Of a DNA stretch of 64,000 nt, positions 32,807 through 45,569 are shown piece by piece. Position numbers and translations under genes: made by a program. The stretch is from an uncultured Streptococcus sp. (GTDB lineage Bacteria; Bacillota; Bacilli; Lactobacillales; Streptococcaceae). Below the pieces are notes generated by a model. That model was not told the origin of the DNA. It did no database searches and worked only from the letters and a program-made list of their open reading frames with translations. Positions within the stretch are counted from its first letter, which is position 1. Every line of letters begins with the position of its first letter. The DNA lies in contig CAUQGR010000001.1 of NCBI GenBank assembly GCA_963517545.1, forward strand, positions 12,584-76,583. The letters run 5' to 3'.

Positions 32807-34795
32807 TTACTTCACATGACTTGCCAATTCTTTTTGAGCTTTCTCGTTTGACTCAGCCTTTTCTTTCAACCATTTTTCACGAGCTTTTTCATACTCTTCT
32901 TTGGTGATTGCTTTTTCACCAACTTCAGTATACTTCAAGTATCCTGCATTTTCACCTTTAAGACCAGCTACAGAATATGAAGAGCTAAATGGTAGAACCT
33001 TTGAAACAAATGAAACGGCTGTTTCTTTAGGAGAAGCCATTACTGGAATTGTCAAAGCATTATCACTCAACCAAGCTTGTGCTACTGCGTACTTTTCATA
33101 ACGTTTTTGAACGTCTTGGTTTTCACTGTTTGCGTCATCAAGTAATTTTCCATAGTCAGCTAAACCAAGTTTGCTTACTACTGATGCATCTGTGTTTTGG
33201 TCAATACCAAGGTAAAGACGAGTACTTCCTCCCTTAAGGACGAACTGATCCAAGAAAGTAGAAGGATCTTGATAGTCAGGGTTCCATCCTAGCAAGGTAT
33301 GGATATCCCAGTCTTGCTCTTTAGCTGTTGGAGCACTAAATGAAATTGGTAAAGCTTCTGCTTGAGTCATTTGTTGCAAGTCTACAACAACATTATCTGA
33401 ACCCAATACTTTTTCAATTGATTGCTTCAATGATTGCACACGGTTTACAACCGCTGTTGATTCTTGGATAACCAAGGCATCCAAATGGATTGGGAATTCA
33501 ACACCTTCAGCTTGTAGGCTTGATTTAGCTTTAGCAAAGACTTCTTTCGCTTTTTCTTCATTGTAAAGGCCATTTTGAGAATCTGCTAGAGATACGTTTG
33601 ACCAAGTAGAAGAATTTGTCTTAGCCAAGCTATCTTGTACCAATTCACCAAATGTTTTCTTACCAACTTGAAGATTATAAGGTGCGAATGTATTACGGAT
33701 GGCTACTGCAGCTCCATCAGTACCATTTGTTTGAGCTGAATAAGAACTGCGATCTACCGCAAAGTTCAAGGCTTGACGGAATTCCTTGTTTAGCAAGGCT
33801 TTCTTAGTAGATGTCTTTTGGGCATCACTTGTCTTAGCAGTGTGGTTATAAGTTGTACGGCCATAGTTCAAGCTGACAGTTGCAACACCCGCACCTGGTT
33901 CATTAAAGTAAATGTTATCTTTGAAGTCAGCTGCATATTTTTCATATGTAGAACTTGTAGGGAAGATACGAGCCTTGCTATATTGACCATCAGAAAAACC
34001 TTTGGCAATTACATCTTGATCCTTACCATCCCAGAAAGTGAACTTAACGTTCTCAATTTTTACATTTTCTTTGTCCCAGTAAGCATCATTTTTAGCCATC
34101 TCGATAGATGATTTAGGAGTTACAGCCTTCAAGACAAATGGACCGTTATAAAGAATAGAGTTAGCATCTGTTGGAGAACCAAAACCTTCCCCTTTTGAAG
34201 CTAAGAATTCTTCATTAACTGGCATCAAAACACCACTAGTTGTCTTGTCATTCCAGAAAGTTTCTGGCTGGTTCAAAGTATATTCTAGTGTTTGGTCATC
34301 AAGTGCTTTTACTCCGACGGTTGAAAAATCGCTTGTTTCACCCTTGATATAGGCTTCTAATCCCTTAATAGAAGAGCTAACGATTGAAAGTTCTTTTGAT
34401 TTTCCATCTACCGCATGTTTCAAACCAGTAACGAAGTCTTTAGCAGTGACAGGAGCGTACTCTTCTCCCTCTGCTGTCACCCATTTAGCATCCTTACGGA
34501 TTTTATAGGTATACGTCAAACCATCTTTTGAAACTGTCCATGATTCAGCAATAGAAGGAACCAGATTACCATATTTATCGTTAGCCAACAAACCATCTAC
34601 AGCATTTGTTGTGATGAATGATGTTGAATCGATATTGCTGACGATATAATCCAAGGTTTCTGGATCTGTTTGATAAACATATTGGTAATCTTTTGCTAGT
34701 TTCGCATTATTTGAACTAGTGTTTGAACACGCAGCTAGAACTCCTGACGCTAATAAGGTAGCTCCTGCTACAGCAAGCACTTGACTTTTTTTCAT
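32807..34795 (-). CDS. amiA: Oligopeptide-binding lipoprotein (AmiA position, divergent allele)
   Basis: Lipobox LAAC; SKDGLTYTYKIR; first gene of the ami operon. Confidence 0.85.
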   Translation of the reverse strand: MKKSQVLAVAGATLLASGVLAACSNTSSNNAKLAKDYQYVYQTDPETLDYIVSNIDSTSFITTNAVDGLLANDKYGNLVPSIAESWTVSKDGLTYTYKIRKDAKWVTAEGEEYAPVTAKDFVTGLKHAVDGKSKELSIVSSSIKGLEAYIKGETSDFSTVGVKALDDQTLEYTLNQPETFWNDKTTSGVLMPVNEEFLASKGEGFGSPTDANSILYNGPFVLKAVTPKSSIEMAKNDAYWDKENVKIENVKFTFWDGKDQDVIAKGFSDGQYSKARIFPTSSTYEKYAADFKDNIYFNEPGAGVATVSLNYGRTTYNHTAKTSDAQKTSTKKALLNKEFRQALNFAVDRSSYSAQTNGTDGAAVAIRNTFAPYNLQVGKKTFGELVQDSLAKTNSSTWSNVSLADSQNGLYNEEKAKEVFAKAKSSLQAEGVEFPIHLDALVIQESTAVVNRVQSLKQSIEKVLGSDNVVVDLQQMTQAEALPISFSAPTAKEQDWDIHTLLGWNPDYQDPSTFLDQFVLKGGSTRLYLGIDQNTDASVVSKLGLADYGKLLDDANSENQDVQKRYEKYAVAQAWLSDNALTIPVMASPKETAVSFVSKVLPFSSSYSVAGLKGENAGYLKYTEVGEKAITKEEYEKAREKWLKEKAESNEKAQKELASHVK

Positions 34796-34831
34796 TTCTT
34801 CACTCCTCGTAATAAAGTATAGGTCATCATC

Positions 34832-34878
34832 AATTATATCATAGATTTCAAGAAAAGTAAACGAATTTTCAGAATATT
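34832..34878 (-). promoter_or_regulatory. ami promoter and CodY box
   Basis: AATTTTCAGAATATT at 34864-34878; TTTACT-N17-TATAAT with extended TG. Confidence 0.8.
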
Positions 34879-34953
34879 TAGGCTTATTCATACAAAAAAT
34901 CTGAAAAAACTATTGACTGAGAATGATTTTCAAGGTATAATAATAAACGTTAA

Positions 34954-35024
34954 GGCGGTATAGCCAAGTGGTAAGGCACGGCTCTGCAAAAGCTTGATCG
35001 TCGGTTCAAATCCGTCTACCGCCT
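34954..35024 (+). tRNA. tRNA-Cys(GCA)
   Basis: Acceptor GGCGGTA/TACCGCC; anticodon loop CTGCAAA; T-loop GGTTCAAATCC; promoter TTGACT-N17-TATAAT; CCA not encoded. Confidence 0.97.
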
Positions 35025-35057
35025 TTCAATGCCGAATTTATCGGAATTTATCAAGAC

Positions 35058-35090
35058 AAAAAGCCCGTAAAATGGGGCTTTTTTATTTTT
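35058..35090 (+). terminator. tRNA-Cys terminator
   Basis: AAAAGCCC...GGGCTTTT followed by a T-run. Confidence 0.75.
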
Positions 35091-35219
35091 TCTTCGGATA
35101 AATACATATAACTTACAAAAATTTTTGAAGCGCATTTGAGTCAGACTTCTTTTTAGGAGACAATCTTTTGAAATCAACTGAAAAAAGCTTTGTCACGCCT
35201 GGTGACAAAAGCCTCTAGT

Positions 35220-36551
35220 TTACTCTGTTTCTTCTTCTATTTCAACTTCGGTAATTTGGACTTTTACCTTGGTAACACGTCCATTTTTCACTTTATCATT
35301 GGTTAGGATAAGCTGTTTGTTTTGGCTGACTAATTCATAACTGAGTTTCTCAGTCGTTGGAATGGTCCCAACTCCTGTCAAATAATAACCAGCGATGGTA
35401 TCAACGTCATCACTTTCCAGTTCAACATCAAAGTAGTCATTAAAAGCATTGAGATTCATGGTACCTTGAACGATATAAGTATCTTCTCCAATCTTATGGA
35501 CTTCGATTTCAGCCTTATCTGTTTCGTCATCGATTTCCCCAACGATTTCCTCTAAGAGGTCTTCCAGGGTCACCAAACCAGCCATCCCACCGTATTCATC
35601 TAGCAAGATTGCCATTTGTCTTTGAGTATTGCGCAATTCTTTTAGCAAGTCATCCACAAAAATAGTTTCAGGAACAAAGAGTGGATCTTGTAAAATTTTC
35701 TTCCAAACAATATTGTCAAAACCGTCTACAAAGGCTGCCTTAAGAAGACTCTTGGTATGAATCAAACCGATTACATTATCCTTGTCTCCATCATAGACAG
35801 GGATACGAGAATAATTTTGTTTTAAAATACTTTGGATGATGGTTTGACTATCATCCTGAATATCCACCATAAAGGCATCCGTTCGAGGAACCATGACTTC
35901 TCTGGCCATTAATTCGTCCAGTGAAAAGATTCCTTGTAACATTTCAATTTCGTCAGCATCTAGTGTTTCTTCACTATTTGTCAGCATGTACTCAATTTCA
36001 TCACGGGTCATTTTTTCATCAGCATCGTCAAAGGTCATAGGAGTCAAGCGACTCAAGAGATTGGTAGATGCAGACAAGAGCCAAACAAAGGGACTAACTA
36101 GTTTCCCCAGCCCAATGATAACTGGCGCTGTACGAATCGCCAAGGCATCCTTTAGATTAAGAGCGATTCTCTTAGGATACAATTCCCCAAAAACGATGGA
36201 AATATAAGTCAAAAATGCTAAAGACAGAAAACTTGCAACGGCATAAGCCGTTTCACCATTTCCAAGCCAAGATGCAATTTCTCGTCCCAGAGTGTCTGCC
36301 AAACTCGCCCCTGATAAGATCGTAATTAGGGTAATCCCTACTTGAATGGTTGATAAAAAGTGGTTAGGATTTTCTAGTACCTTCAGCAGACGGATATAGC
36401 GTCTATCTCCTTCTTCTGCCTTTTGTTCAACCCGCGCACGGTTAAGAGAAACCATGGCCATTTCTGTGGCTGAGAAAAAGGCATTTAACACCGTCAAGAT
36501 AAACAATAAAACAAATTGTAGCAACAAATTCTGACTACTTGGGTCTTCCAT
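35220..36551 (-). CDS. Hemolysin-family CNNM/CBS/CorC protein (likely Mg2+ export)
   Basis: LSTIQVGIT, GELYPK, MVPRT and DEYGG...EDLLEEIVGEI. Confidence 0.9.
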   Translation of the reverse strand: MEDPSSQNLLLQFVLLFILTVLNAFFSATEMAMVSLNRARVEQKAEEGDRRYIRLLKVLENPNHFLSTIQVGITLITILSGASLADTLGREIASWLGNGETAYAVASFLSLAFLTYISIVFGELYPKRIALNLKDALAIRTAPVIIGLGKLVSPFVWLLSASTNLLSRLTPMTFDDADEKMTRDEIEYMLTNSEETLDADEIEMLQGIFSLDELMAREVMVPRTDAFMVDIQDDSQTIIQSILKQNYSRIPVYDGDKDNVIGLIHTKSLLKAAFVDGFDNIVWKKILQDPLFVPETIFVDDLLKELRNTQRQMAILLDEYGGMAGLVTLEDLLEEIVGEIDDETDKAEIEVHKIGEDTYIVQGTMNLNAFNDYFDVELESDDVDTIAGYYLTGVGTIPTTEKLSYELVSQNKQLILTNDKVKNGRVTKVKVQITEVEIEEETE

Positions 36552-36705
36552 AGTTCTTCTCCTAAAATAGTATCTTATCCTTTATTATATCACAAAATTT
36601 AATCCAGTACATATTATTTTTTCTCAGTGTCTATTCTAGTTCTACTTAAATTGTCCAAAAAAGAACTCCTACATCTTCAAGTGACATGGGAGTTTATCTC
36701 ATCTT

Positions 36706-37748
<1,043 letters not shown>

Positions 37749-37756
<8 letters not shown>

Positions 37757-39032
37757 CTTCATCACTTGCCTCAATCCGCTGAATCTTAGCACCTAGCTGC
37801 GCCAACTTCTCATGGAAACGGTAGTAACCTCTATCCAAGTGAACCAATTTACCAACTACAGTTTCTCCTTGTGCTACCAAACCTGTCAAAATTAAGGCAG
37901 CACTGGCACGAAGGTCAGTTGAAAGAACTTCCGCCCCCTGCAAAGGTTGACCACCAACAATACGAGCTGTATCACGGATAATCTCAGAGTGCAAGCCCAT
38001 GCGACGCATTTCTTCTAGATGTTGGAAACGATTTTCGAAAACTGTCTCCACCATAGTTGATTCGCCTTTTGCGACGGTCATCAAGGCTGTAAATTGAGCC
38101 TGCATATCTGTTGGAAATCCTGGGTGGGGCAAGGTTTTCACATGAACAGCTTTTAAATTTTCTAGTTGAGAGCGAACTCGAATTCCTTCAGTCTCCTCTG
38201 TCACTTCCACTCCCATTTCAAGCAATTTGGCAATCAAGGGACGGTTGTGCTCCCAGACAGCGTCTTTAATCAAGACATCACCACCAGTCATGGCAGCAGC
38301 TACCATAAAGGTTCCAGCTTCGATACGGTCTTGGACTACATTGTGAGTCGTACCATGAAGTTTCTCAACACCAGTAATGGTAATAGTCTCTGTACCAGCA
38401 CCTTTGACCTTGGCTCCCATTTCATTGAGGAGAATGGCTAGGTCAACAATCTCAGGCTCACGCGCAGCATTTTCAATCACTGTCACCCCATCAGCCAGAG
38501 TCGCCGCCATCATCAAATTCTGCGTAGCACCAACACTTGGGAAGTCCATATAGATATGGGCCCCATGTAAACGATCAGCCTTGGCTTCGATATAACCAGC
38601 TGTCTGACTAATCTTAGCCCCCATAGCTTCTAGACCTTTCAAATGAAGATCAATAGGGCGGCTACCAATCGTACAACCACCTGGCATGGATACCTTGGCA
38701 TGACCTACACGGGCAAGAATTGGTCCCAAGACAACGATAGATGCGCGCATCTTGCTGACATACTTGTAAGGGGCTTCTTCAGTGATATCGCCAGTTGCGT
38801 CCACCTCAACAAGATGAGCTTCCTCATCAAAATCTACCTTGGCATTCAAACCACGAACCACCTGATTCATAGTGAAAACATCTGACAAGATAGGAACATT
38901 CTGCAAGACGGTCTTTCCTTCACTTGCTAGAATAGTCGCTGCCAACAAGGGCAAGACTGCATTCTTTGCTCCTTCAATCGTAACACTTCCTACCAGACGA
39001 TTATCGCCACCTTGAACCACAATTTTTTCCAT
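37749..39032 (-). CDS. murA: UDP-N-acetylglucosamine 1-carboxyvinyltransferase
   Basis: [15 protein letters not shown] and GFPTDMQ motifs. Confidence 0.98.
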
Positions 39033-39055
39033 ACTTATTTCCTTTACATTTGATT

Positions 39056-39286
39056 TTATAATAATCCTCTAAGCGCTTCTTGCCACAACTGATATAAGCT
39101 GATAAAGAAAGAACTCAAGATATAGCCCATGACAATGCTGAAAAAACCTACTAATAAACGAACTTTTCTTGTATTCTCAGCTGTCACTTTTAAAACCTTT
39201 TCCCATCTAACAAGATTCTTTAAAAGGTAAAAACTCACATAAATAAAGAGCATGTGACTGCTTAGAGTGAATAATAATTGAACCAT
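39056..39286 (-). CDS. DUF1146-family small membrane protein
   Basis: 76 aa with two hydrophobic segments; typical position before murA. Confidence 0.7.
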   Translation of the reverse strand: MVQLLFTLSSHMLFIYVSFYLLKNLVRWEKVLKVTAENTRKVRLLVGFFSIVMGYILSSFFISLYQLWQEALRGLL

Positions 39287-39343
39287 TTGACTATTATACC
39301 ATCTTCTCTGTTTGTGCGCTAGTTTGGAAACTTCACTCAAAAA

Positions 39344-40381
39344 CTAGGGATTGTTTTTCAAGTAATCAATTGCATCTTGTAGGGTTTTAACTGGCACAAT
39401 TTTCATATCTGTCTTAATTGTTTTGGCTGCTTCTAGGGCTGTTTGGTAGTTGTTTTTCGCATCAGGATGCGCTTTTTGTTCTTCTTCGCTAACAGGGTTA
39501 TCAGGGGCAAAGAAAATCGCAGCACCTTCTCTAGCCGAAGCTACAACTTTCTTATCAATACCTCCAATGTCCCCCACATTACCATCTCTGTCAATGGTCC
39601 CTGTACCAGCAACGATACGGCCGTTACGAAGGCCTGGGTCAGCTATTTGGGTATAGATAGCTAGACTAAACATAAGACCAGCACTTGGACCGCCGATACC
39701 AGCTGTTGAAAAGCGAATTGGGACATCACTGGTTACTTCTGTACGGTCAATCAAACCGATTCCAATCCCATTTTTGCCATTTTCCAAGGTGATAATCTTA
39801 CCTTCTGCAGACTTGGTTTGCCCATCCTCTTCATAGGTGACCTTGACGGAGTCCCCTAGTTTTTGAGAATTGACGTAATCAATCAAATCTTTGGAACTGT
39901 CAAAGGTCTGATCATTGACTGCTGTGACCGTATCAGAGATGTTAAGAATCCCTTTAAAGGTCGAATTATCCGTCACAGTCAAAACATAAACCCCAAGGTA
40001 TTTGAGTTCGATATCTTTACCAGCTGTTTTTAGACCTTGATACTTGGCCATATTTTGCGATGTTTGCATGTAGAATTGATTGATCCGCATAAATTCAACA
40101 TCTGAAGAGCCACCTGTAGTCTCCTGGGCACTACGAATATCTGTAAAAGGCGTCAACCACGCATAAATCATATGGGCTAAAGTAGCATGTTGGACACCAA
40201 CCGTAACGAAGTGGTAGGCACCAGCTTCCTTATCTTCTGTATCATTGACTTTGAGGACTTGGCGAATATCTTCCGAACCACCTGGAACCTCTATATAGTA
40301 GGGCAAGGGCACTACAAATGCCAAGAAAGTCACAATCAAGGCCGCAATGACATATAAGGGCCATCTAATCTTTTTTTTCAT
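39344..40381 (-). CDS. sepM: SepM/YlbL PDZ-Lon-like serine protease
   Basis: GGPSAG Ser motif and IGGIDKK Lys motif; PDZ region. Confidence 0.85.
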   Translation of the reverse strand: MKKKIRWPLYVIAALIVTFLAFVVPLPYYIEVPGGSEDIRQVLKVNDTEDKEAGAYHFVTVGVQHATLAHMIYAWLTPFTDIRSAQETTGGSSDVEFMRINQFYMQTSQNMAKYQGLKTAGKDIELKYLGVYVLTVTDNSTFKGILNISDTVTAVNDQTFDSSKDLIDYVNSQKLGDSVKVTYEEDGQTKSAEGKIITLENGKNGIGIGLIDRTEVTSDVPIRFSTAGIGGPSAGLMFSLAIYTQIADPGLRNGRIVAGTGTIDRDGNVGDIGGIDKKVVASAREGAAIFFAPDNPVSEEEQKAHPDAKNNYQTALEAAKTIKTDMKIVPVKTLQDAIDYLKNNP

Positions 40382-40853
40382 TTCTTATTTCCTCCAAAAT
40401 ACTCTCAGGAACATAGCAGGCAACATCCTGACCAAACTTCAAAAGCTCTCGAACACCGGATGAACTAATATAGAGATGTTCAGGTCTGCTATGTAAATAA
40501 ATGGTCTCTATATCAGGAGACAGTTGATGATTGTAGTAATCAAAACTAGCTTCATATTGTAAATCCGCTGCATTCCTCAAACCACGCACTAGACAAGTAG
40601 CACCCAATCTTTTTGCGACATCGACAACCAATTCATCATGAGAAGACACGACTGCAACATTTTTCAAATGTCCCAAAGCCTCTTCTAACCCCCGTTTACG
40701 ATTTTCGATAGGGAGAAACCCTTGTTTGTGGGGATTAAAAAAAATACCCACATAGAGCTTATCAAAGAGTTTGCTAGCCCGTTCAATCATATCCAGATGC
40801 CCATTTGTCATCGGATCAAATGAACCTGTGAATAAGCCAATCTTATCTGACAT
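40365..40853 (-). CDS. coaD: Phosphopantetheine adenylyltransferase
   Basis: [15 protein letters not shown] and ISSS motifs. Confidence 0.97.
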   Translation of the reverse strand: MSDKIGLFTGSFDPMTNGHLDMIERASKLFDKLYVGIFFNPHKQGFLPIENRKRGLEEALGHLKNVAVVSSHDELVVDVAKRLGATCLVRGLRNAADLQYEASFDYYNHQLSPDIETIYLHSRPEHLYISSSGVRELLKFGQDVACYVPESILEEIRNEKKD

Positions 40854-41382
40854 AGACTGTCACCTTACTAATTCCATAAATCTTTTCCTTCCAGATGCCC
40901 AGGCAGGCAATTTCTTCTGGAAGTTCAACGGCCTTATCCGTCTCACACACGACCATGACATCTTCAGAAAAAAGCTCTCTCTCAGCCATTTTTTCAATAT
41001 CTGCTACGATTTGTTCCTTGGCATAAGGAGGGTCTAAGAAAATGAGGTCAAATTCCCCAGATACCTGTTCCAATGCCCTTTCTGCATCCATCTTGAGGAG
41101 TTGAAATTTTCCAACTTCCTTGGTCATCTGAATATTTTCAGCCACGATAGCCTGAGCCTTACGGTCTCGCTCCACCAAAACAGCGCTGGACATGCCACGC
41201 GATACTGCCTCGATAGATAAACCACCACTACCTGCATAAAGGTCCAAGACTCGTCCCCCTTCAAAGTAGGGACCAATCATGTTAAAAATAGCTCCCCTAA
41301 CCTTATCCGAAGTTGGTCTTGTCGTCTTGCCTTCTAGTGTCTTGAGGGGACGTCCCCCATAGATTCCTGATACGATTTTCAT
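40843..41382 (-). CDS. rsmD: 16S rRNA m2G966 methyltransferase
   Basis: TRPT, DLYAGSG and DPPY motifs. Confidence 0.95.
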   Translation of the reverse strand: MKIVSGIYGGRPLKTLEGKTTRPTSDKVRGAIFNMIGPYFEGGRVLDLYAGSGGLSIEAVSRGMSSAVLVERDRKAQAIVAENIQMTKEVGKFQLLKMDAERALEQVSGEFDLIFLDPPYAKEQIVADIEKMAERELFSEDVMVVCETDKAVELPEEIACLGIWKEKIYGISKVTVYVR

Positions 41383-41446
41383 ACCGTTTATTATACCAAA
41401 TTATAGGCGAAAAGAGAAAGAAAACCGAACCTTGCGGTTCGATTCT

Positions 41447-42439
41447 CTACAAAATATTTTCGTAAGTATCGCGAACTTCTTGAGGCCAAACACTTGTTTG
41501 CACTTCTCCGATGTGTTTCTTGCGAAGTAGGAACATGGCCATCCGAGATTGTCCAATTCCTCCACCGATTGTCAATGGGAATAGGCCATTCAACAAAGCC
41601 TTGTGCCATTCCAATTCCAAGCGGTCTTCATCACCTGTGATGGCAACCTGACGGCGAAGGGTTTCTTCATCTACACGGATTCCCATAGAAGACAACTCAA
41701 AGGCTCCACCCAGAGACTCATTCCAGACAAGAATATCGCCATTTAGACCCTTGTAGCCATTTTCAGACTCACTTGTCCAGTCATCGTAGTCTGGTGCACG
41801 TCCATCGTGCGGTTTACCGTCTGGTAATTCCCCACCGATACCGATCAAGAAGACTGCTCCAAATTCTTTACAGATAGCATTTTCACGTTCTTTCGGTGTC
41901 AAGTCTGGGTAGCGTTCTACCAACTCTTCTGTGTGGATGAAAGTGATTTGTTTTGGCAAGATTGACTCGATGTCATAGCGGGCTTCAACAGCTAACTCAG
42001 TCAGGCGAATAGCCTTGTAAATCTTCTCAACTGTTTCTTTTAGATAAGCGATATTGCGTTTACCATTTGGGATAACCTTCTCCCAGTCCCACTGATCAAC
42101 ATAAACAGAGTGGGTCGCATCCAGCGAGTCTTCGTCTGGACGAAGGGCTTTCATGTGGACAAAAAGACCTTCACCCTCACCGAAACCAAAGCGAGCTAGA
42201 GTATGGCGTTTCCATTTAGCAAGCGAATGAACCACTTCATAGGTTTCATCAGGAATCTGCAAAACCTTGACAGATACTGGATTTTCCACACCAGATAAGT
42301 TGTCCTGCATCCCGTCACCGACCTTGCTCAAGATAGGACCTTGAACTTCGACAACTTCTAGCTTATCTTTCAAATACTGGGTAAAAGTGTTTTTAACAAA
42401 GGAAATTTCTTCTTGTTGATGGATAAAACTTTTCTTCAT
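41447..42439 (-). CDS. asnA: Aspartate-ammonia ligase
   Basis: [15 protein letters not shown] and GGGIGQSR motifs. Confidence 0.98.
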   Translation of the reverse strand: MKKSFIHQQEEISFVKNTFTQYLKDKLEVVEVQGPILSKVGDGMQDNLSGVENPVSVKVLQIPDETYEVVHSLAKWKRHTLARFGFGEGEGLFVHMKALRPDEDSLDATHSVYVDQWDWEKVIPNGKRNIAYLKETVEKIYKAIRLTELAVEARYDIESILPKQITFIHTEELVERYPDLTPKERENAICKEFGAVFLIGIGGELPDGKPHDGRAPDYDDWTSESENGYKGLNGDILVWNESLGGAFELSSMGIRVDEETLRRQVAITGDEDRLELEWHKALLNGLFPLTIGGGIGQSRMAMFLLRKKHIGEVQTSVWPQEVRDTYENIL

Positions 42440-42550
42440 AGGCTACTCCTCAAAAATTTAATTAAAAGCATTATACACCTATTTCCCAAAAAAGAAAAGA
42501 GAAAATTTAAAAAAATCAGTGTCACTCAAAACACTGATTTCATAGACCTT

Positions 42551-43234
42551 TTAATCATTGCGGCCAAAGATACGTAAAATGCTTAGGAAAAGATTGATAA
42601 AATCAAGATAGATACTGAGAGCCATTGACACAACCCAACCTGTTGCTACTCGACCTTGCGATTGTTCATAGGCATAGCGAATTTTTTGGTTGTCCCAAGC
42701 AATCAGCCCAGAGAAGACCAAGACCATGGCTACGCTGATCATATAATCAAAGAAACCGCTAGCCAAGAAAATATTAACTACCATGGCAATAATCAAACCG
42801 ATAAGAGCCGCCATCATAGCTCGACCAATCCCACTCAAATCTTTCTTGGTGAAGATACCAACTGCCGCCATGACAAAGAAGAGAAGGGCGCTCGACACAA
42901 AGGCGGATAAAACTGTACCTGGAGTATAGAAGGCCACCACAAAACTGAGTGTAAAGCCGTTTAATACTGAGTAAAGTAAAAATACTGGAAGAGCCGCTGG
43001 ACTATTCCTTGAAGCCATGCTACTGGCAACAAAGACTAGGGCTAGCTCTGCAAAAGTAGCAATGGTCAACCAGAGACGCCCCTGCATCAAAAAGTAAACC
43101 AACTGAGACTGAAAGACCGTCAACATAAGACCTGATACTAAAGCGGATAGTCCGATTCCCAGACCAACAAAGGCATAAACCTTAGCGTAAAATTGATTGA
43201 GACCTGCGCGGTCGTGAATAATAGTGTGATTCAT
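42551..43234 (-). CDS. Bax inhibitor-1/YccA family membrane protein
   Basis: 7-TM pattern; AWDNQKI and YLDFINLF. Confidence 0.92.
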   Translation of the reverse strand: MNHTIIHDRAGLNQFYAKVYAFVGLGIGLSALVSGLMLTVFQSQLVYFLMQGRLWLTIATFAELALVFVASSMASRNSPAALPVFLLYSVLNGFTLSFVVAFYTPGTVLSAFVSSALLFFVMAAVGIFTKKDLSGIGRAMMAALIGLIIAMVVNIFLASGFFDYMISVAMVLVFSGLIAWDNQKIRYAYEQSQGRVATGWVVSMALSIYLDFINLFLSILRIFGRND

Positions 43235-43288
43235 CTTTTCTCCTTTTCTATGAACATCTTTCCTTGATTATAACAAAGAAAATTAAAA

Positions 43289-44029
43289 TTAGCTTAAATG
43301 GAAAATTAAAATACCAGCTGCAACGGCAACATTCAAACTCTCTGCCTTACCCTTCATGCTAATATGGACCAACTGGTCTGCACTTTCCGCCATGAGGGGA
43401 CTAATTCCTTGACCCTCATTTCCCATGACTAGTACAAAATTTTCTATAGGAGGCAGTTCTCTGTAATCAACAGAATCTTTAGATAGGGTTGTTGCCAGCA
43501 CTGGGATAGCTGCTTCCTTAGCTTCCACGAGAAGTCTTTGACTAGACATTCGGTAAATAGGCAGATGAAAATGACTGCCTTGCATCGAACGTAAGGTCTT
43601 GAGACTGTAGATATCTGCCGATTTATCTGAAACAATCACTCCAGTAAAACCTGCTGCATCCGCAGTCCGAATGATAGTTCCCACATTACCAGGATCTTGC
43701 ACATCTTCCAAAAACAAGAACTTTCCCTGACTAAAGTCAGCTTGCCCTACTTCTTCTTTTTGAATCACCGCAACAATTCCCTGTGGAGTCTGAGAATCTG
43801 CCAAATCTAACAAAATATCCTCTGACACCCAGACAGTTTGCGGAAACGAGGCTAACTGATCTCGGTAATTTTCTAGGGCAAAGATTTTCTCAATCGTCAC
43901 TCCAGCTTGAACAGCTTCTTCAAACAAGTGCCAGCCTTCAATCAAATAAGCAGACTTGCGGTATTTTTTTTGGTGTAATTTCTTGGCATTTTTTACCACA
44001 GAATTGGCTTTTGAGGTTATAATAGTCAT
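43289..44029 (-). CDS. TrmH/SpoU family RNA methyltransferase
   Basis: QDPGNVGTIIR, GNEGQG and ESLNVA motifs. Confidence 0.93.
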   Translation of the reverse strand: MTIITSKANSVVKNAKKLHQKKYRKSAYLIEGWHLFEEAVQAGVTIEKIFALENYRDQLASFPQTVWVSEDILLDLADSQTPQGIVAVIQKEEVGQADFSQGKFLFLEDVQDPGNVGTIIRTADAAGFTGVIVSDKSADIYSLKTLRSMQGSHFHLPIYRMSSQRLLVEAKEAAIPVLATTLSKDSVDYRELPPIENFVLVMGNEGQGISPLMAESADQLVHISMKGKAESLNVAVAAGILIFHLS

Positions 44030-44062
44030 AGAAATATTATAACACAATCAAAGGGGTTTGGT

Positions 44063-44341
44063 ATGCAAAAGGTTAGAATGATTGCCCAAGGTAGGGTACA
44101 GGGAGTCGGCTTTCGTTGGGGTGTTTACAGCTTGGCACTTGAAATTGGTGGCATCACAGGTCGAGTATGGAATAACGACGATGGCACAGTGGAAATCTTA
44201 GCCCAAGCAGACTCATCTGCTATCATGGCAAAATTTATCCAAGAAATCCGAAAAGGACCAACACCTTTTTCAAAAGTCAGCTACTTAGATGTCAAACTAA
44301 GTAACTTTCCTCCTTACCCTGACTTTAAAATCGCAAATTAG
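44063..44341 (+). CDS. acyP: Acylphosphatase
   Basis: GRVQGVGFR and GRVWNNDDGTVE. Confidence 0.95.
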   Translation: MQKVRMIAQGRVQGVGFRWGVYSLALEIGGITGRVWNNDDGTVEILAQADSSAIMAKFIQEIRKGPTPFSKVSYLDVKLSNFPPYPDFKIAN

Positions 44342-44418
44342 GTCTCTAGAACTATTGTATATTTTGTAAAAAAACAGTAGAATAGAAAGGTATAATTTTT
44401 AAAGAAGGAATAAAAACA

Positions 44419-45345
44419 GTGAAATCTATTAAACGTTTTGCACTCTCAGCTATGGGAGTGGCTATGTTGCTAGTCTTGACTGGTTGCGTTCAGATTGATA
44501 AAGCAACAGGTAAGCCAATTGGTCCCGTTTGGGATTTCTTGGGTGCGCCGATGGGAGAAGCTATCAAGTACTTCGCTACTGATAAAGGTCTAGGCTTTGG
44601 TGTCGCTATCATTATCGTAACCATTATCGTGCGCTTGATTATCTTGCCACTTGGTATCTACCAATCATGGAAGGCAACGCTTCACTCTGAAAAGATGAAC
44701 GCCCTCAAGCACGTCCTTGAGCCACACCAAACTCGTCTCAAAGAAGCAACTACTCAAGAAGAAAAACTCGAAGCCCAACAAGCTCTCTTTGCTGCTCAAA
44801 AAGAGCACGGCATCAGCATGTTTGGTGGTGTAGGATGTTTCCCTATCCTCCTTCAAATGCCTTTCTTCTCTGCAATTTACTTTGCTGCCCAATATACTGA
44901 AGGTGTTGCTCAAGCAAGTTACCTAGGAATTCCTCTAGGCTCTCCAAGTATGATTTTAGCTGCCTGCGCTGGTGTCCTTTACTATCTTCAATCACTCCTT
45001 TCACTTCACGGAGTAGAAGATGAAACGCAAAGAGATCAAATCAAGAAAATGGCTTACGTGAGCCCAGTCATGATTGCCGGCTTCTCCCTCATCTCACCAG
45101 CTAGTGTCACACTTTATTGGGTTGTCGGTGGTTTCATGATGATTCTCCAACAGTTTATCGTCAACTATATCGTTCGTCCAAAACTTCGCAAAAAAGTCCG
45201 TGAAGAACTAGCCAAGAACCCACCAAAAGCACGTGCTTTCTCTACACCAAGTGGACGAAAAGACGTTACCCCTGAACAACCAACTGCTATCACAAGCAAG
45301 AAAAAACACAAAAATCGCAACGCTGGAAAACAACGTTCGAGATAA
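44419..45345 (+). CDS. yidC: Membrane protein insertase YidC (lipoprotein)
   Basis: LTGC lipobox; GCFPILLQMP; basic C-terminal tail. Confidence 0.95.
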   Translation: MKSIKRFALSAMGVAMLLVLTGCVQIDKATGKPIGPVWDFLGAPMGEAIKYFATDKGLGFGVAIIIVTIIVRLIILPLGIYQSWKATLHSEKMNALKHVLEPHQTRLKEATTQEEKLEAQQALFAAQKEHGISMFGGVGCFPILLQMPFFSAIYFAAQYTEGVAQASYLGIPLGSPSMILAACAGVLYYLQSLLSLHGVEDETQRDQIKKMAYVSPVMIAGFSLISPASVTLYWVVGGFMMILQQFIVNYIVRPKLRKKVREELAKNPPKARAFSTPSGRKDVTPEQPTAITSKKKHKNRNAGKQRSR

Positions 45346-45349
45346 GAAG

Positions 45350-45381
45350 AAAAAGGCTTAGCTAGTTTGCTAAGTCTTTTT
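45350..45381 (+). terminator. yidC terminator
   Basis: AAGGCTTAGC-TAGTTT-GCTAAGTCTT followed by T residues. Confidence 0.75.
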
Positions 45382-45569
45382 GCGATATCAAAAATAGTCA
45401 GAATGCCACTTCATTAAAAATCAAAACGTACCCACTGAAGCTTTACAAAGTTAGCTAAAGCCTTGTTTTGAATCCCCATATGAAATCTATGTAGTCAGTA
45501 AGACTCTTAGAAAGATATGACGCTCGCATCGTTTAAAAAATGCCCCATAAATAAACAGTCCTCGCATCA

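Noticed and set aside
45382..45569. Possible IS end or bacteriocin precursor at the left edge of the ABC/two-component insert
   Set aside because: Only a faint resemblance to an IS1167-type end; no ORF with an RBS, double-glycine/FNLD leader or Cys/Ser/Thr-rich core found.
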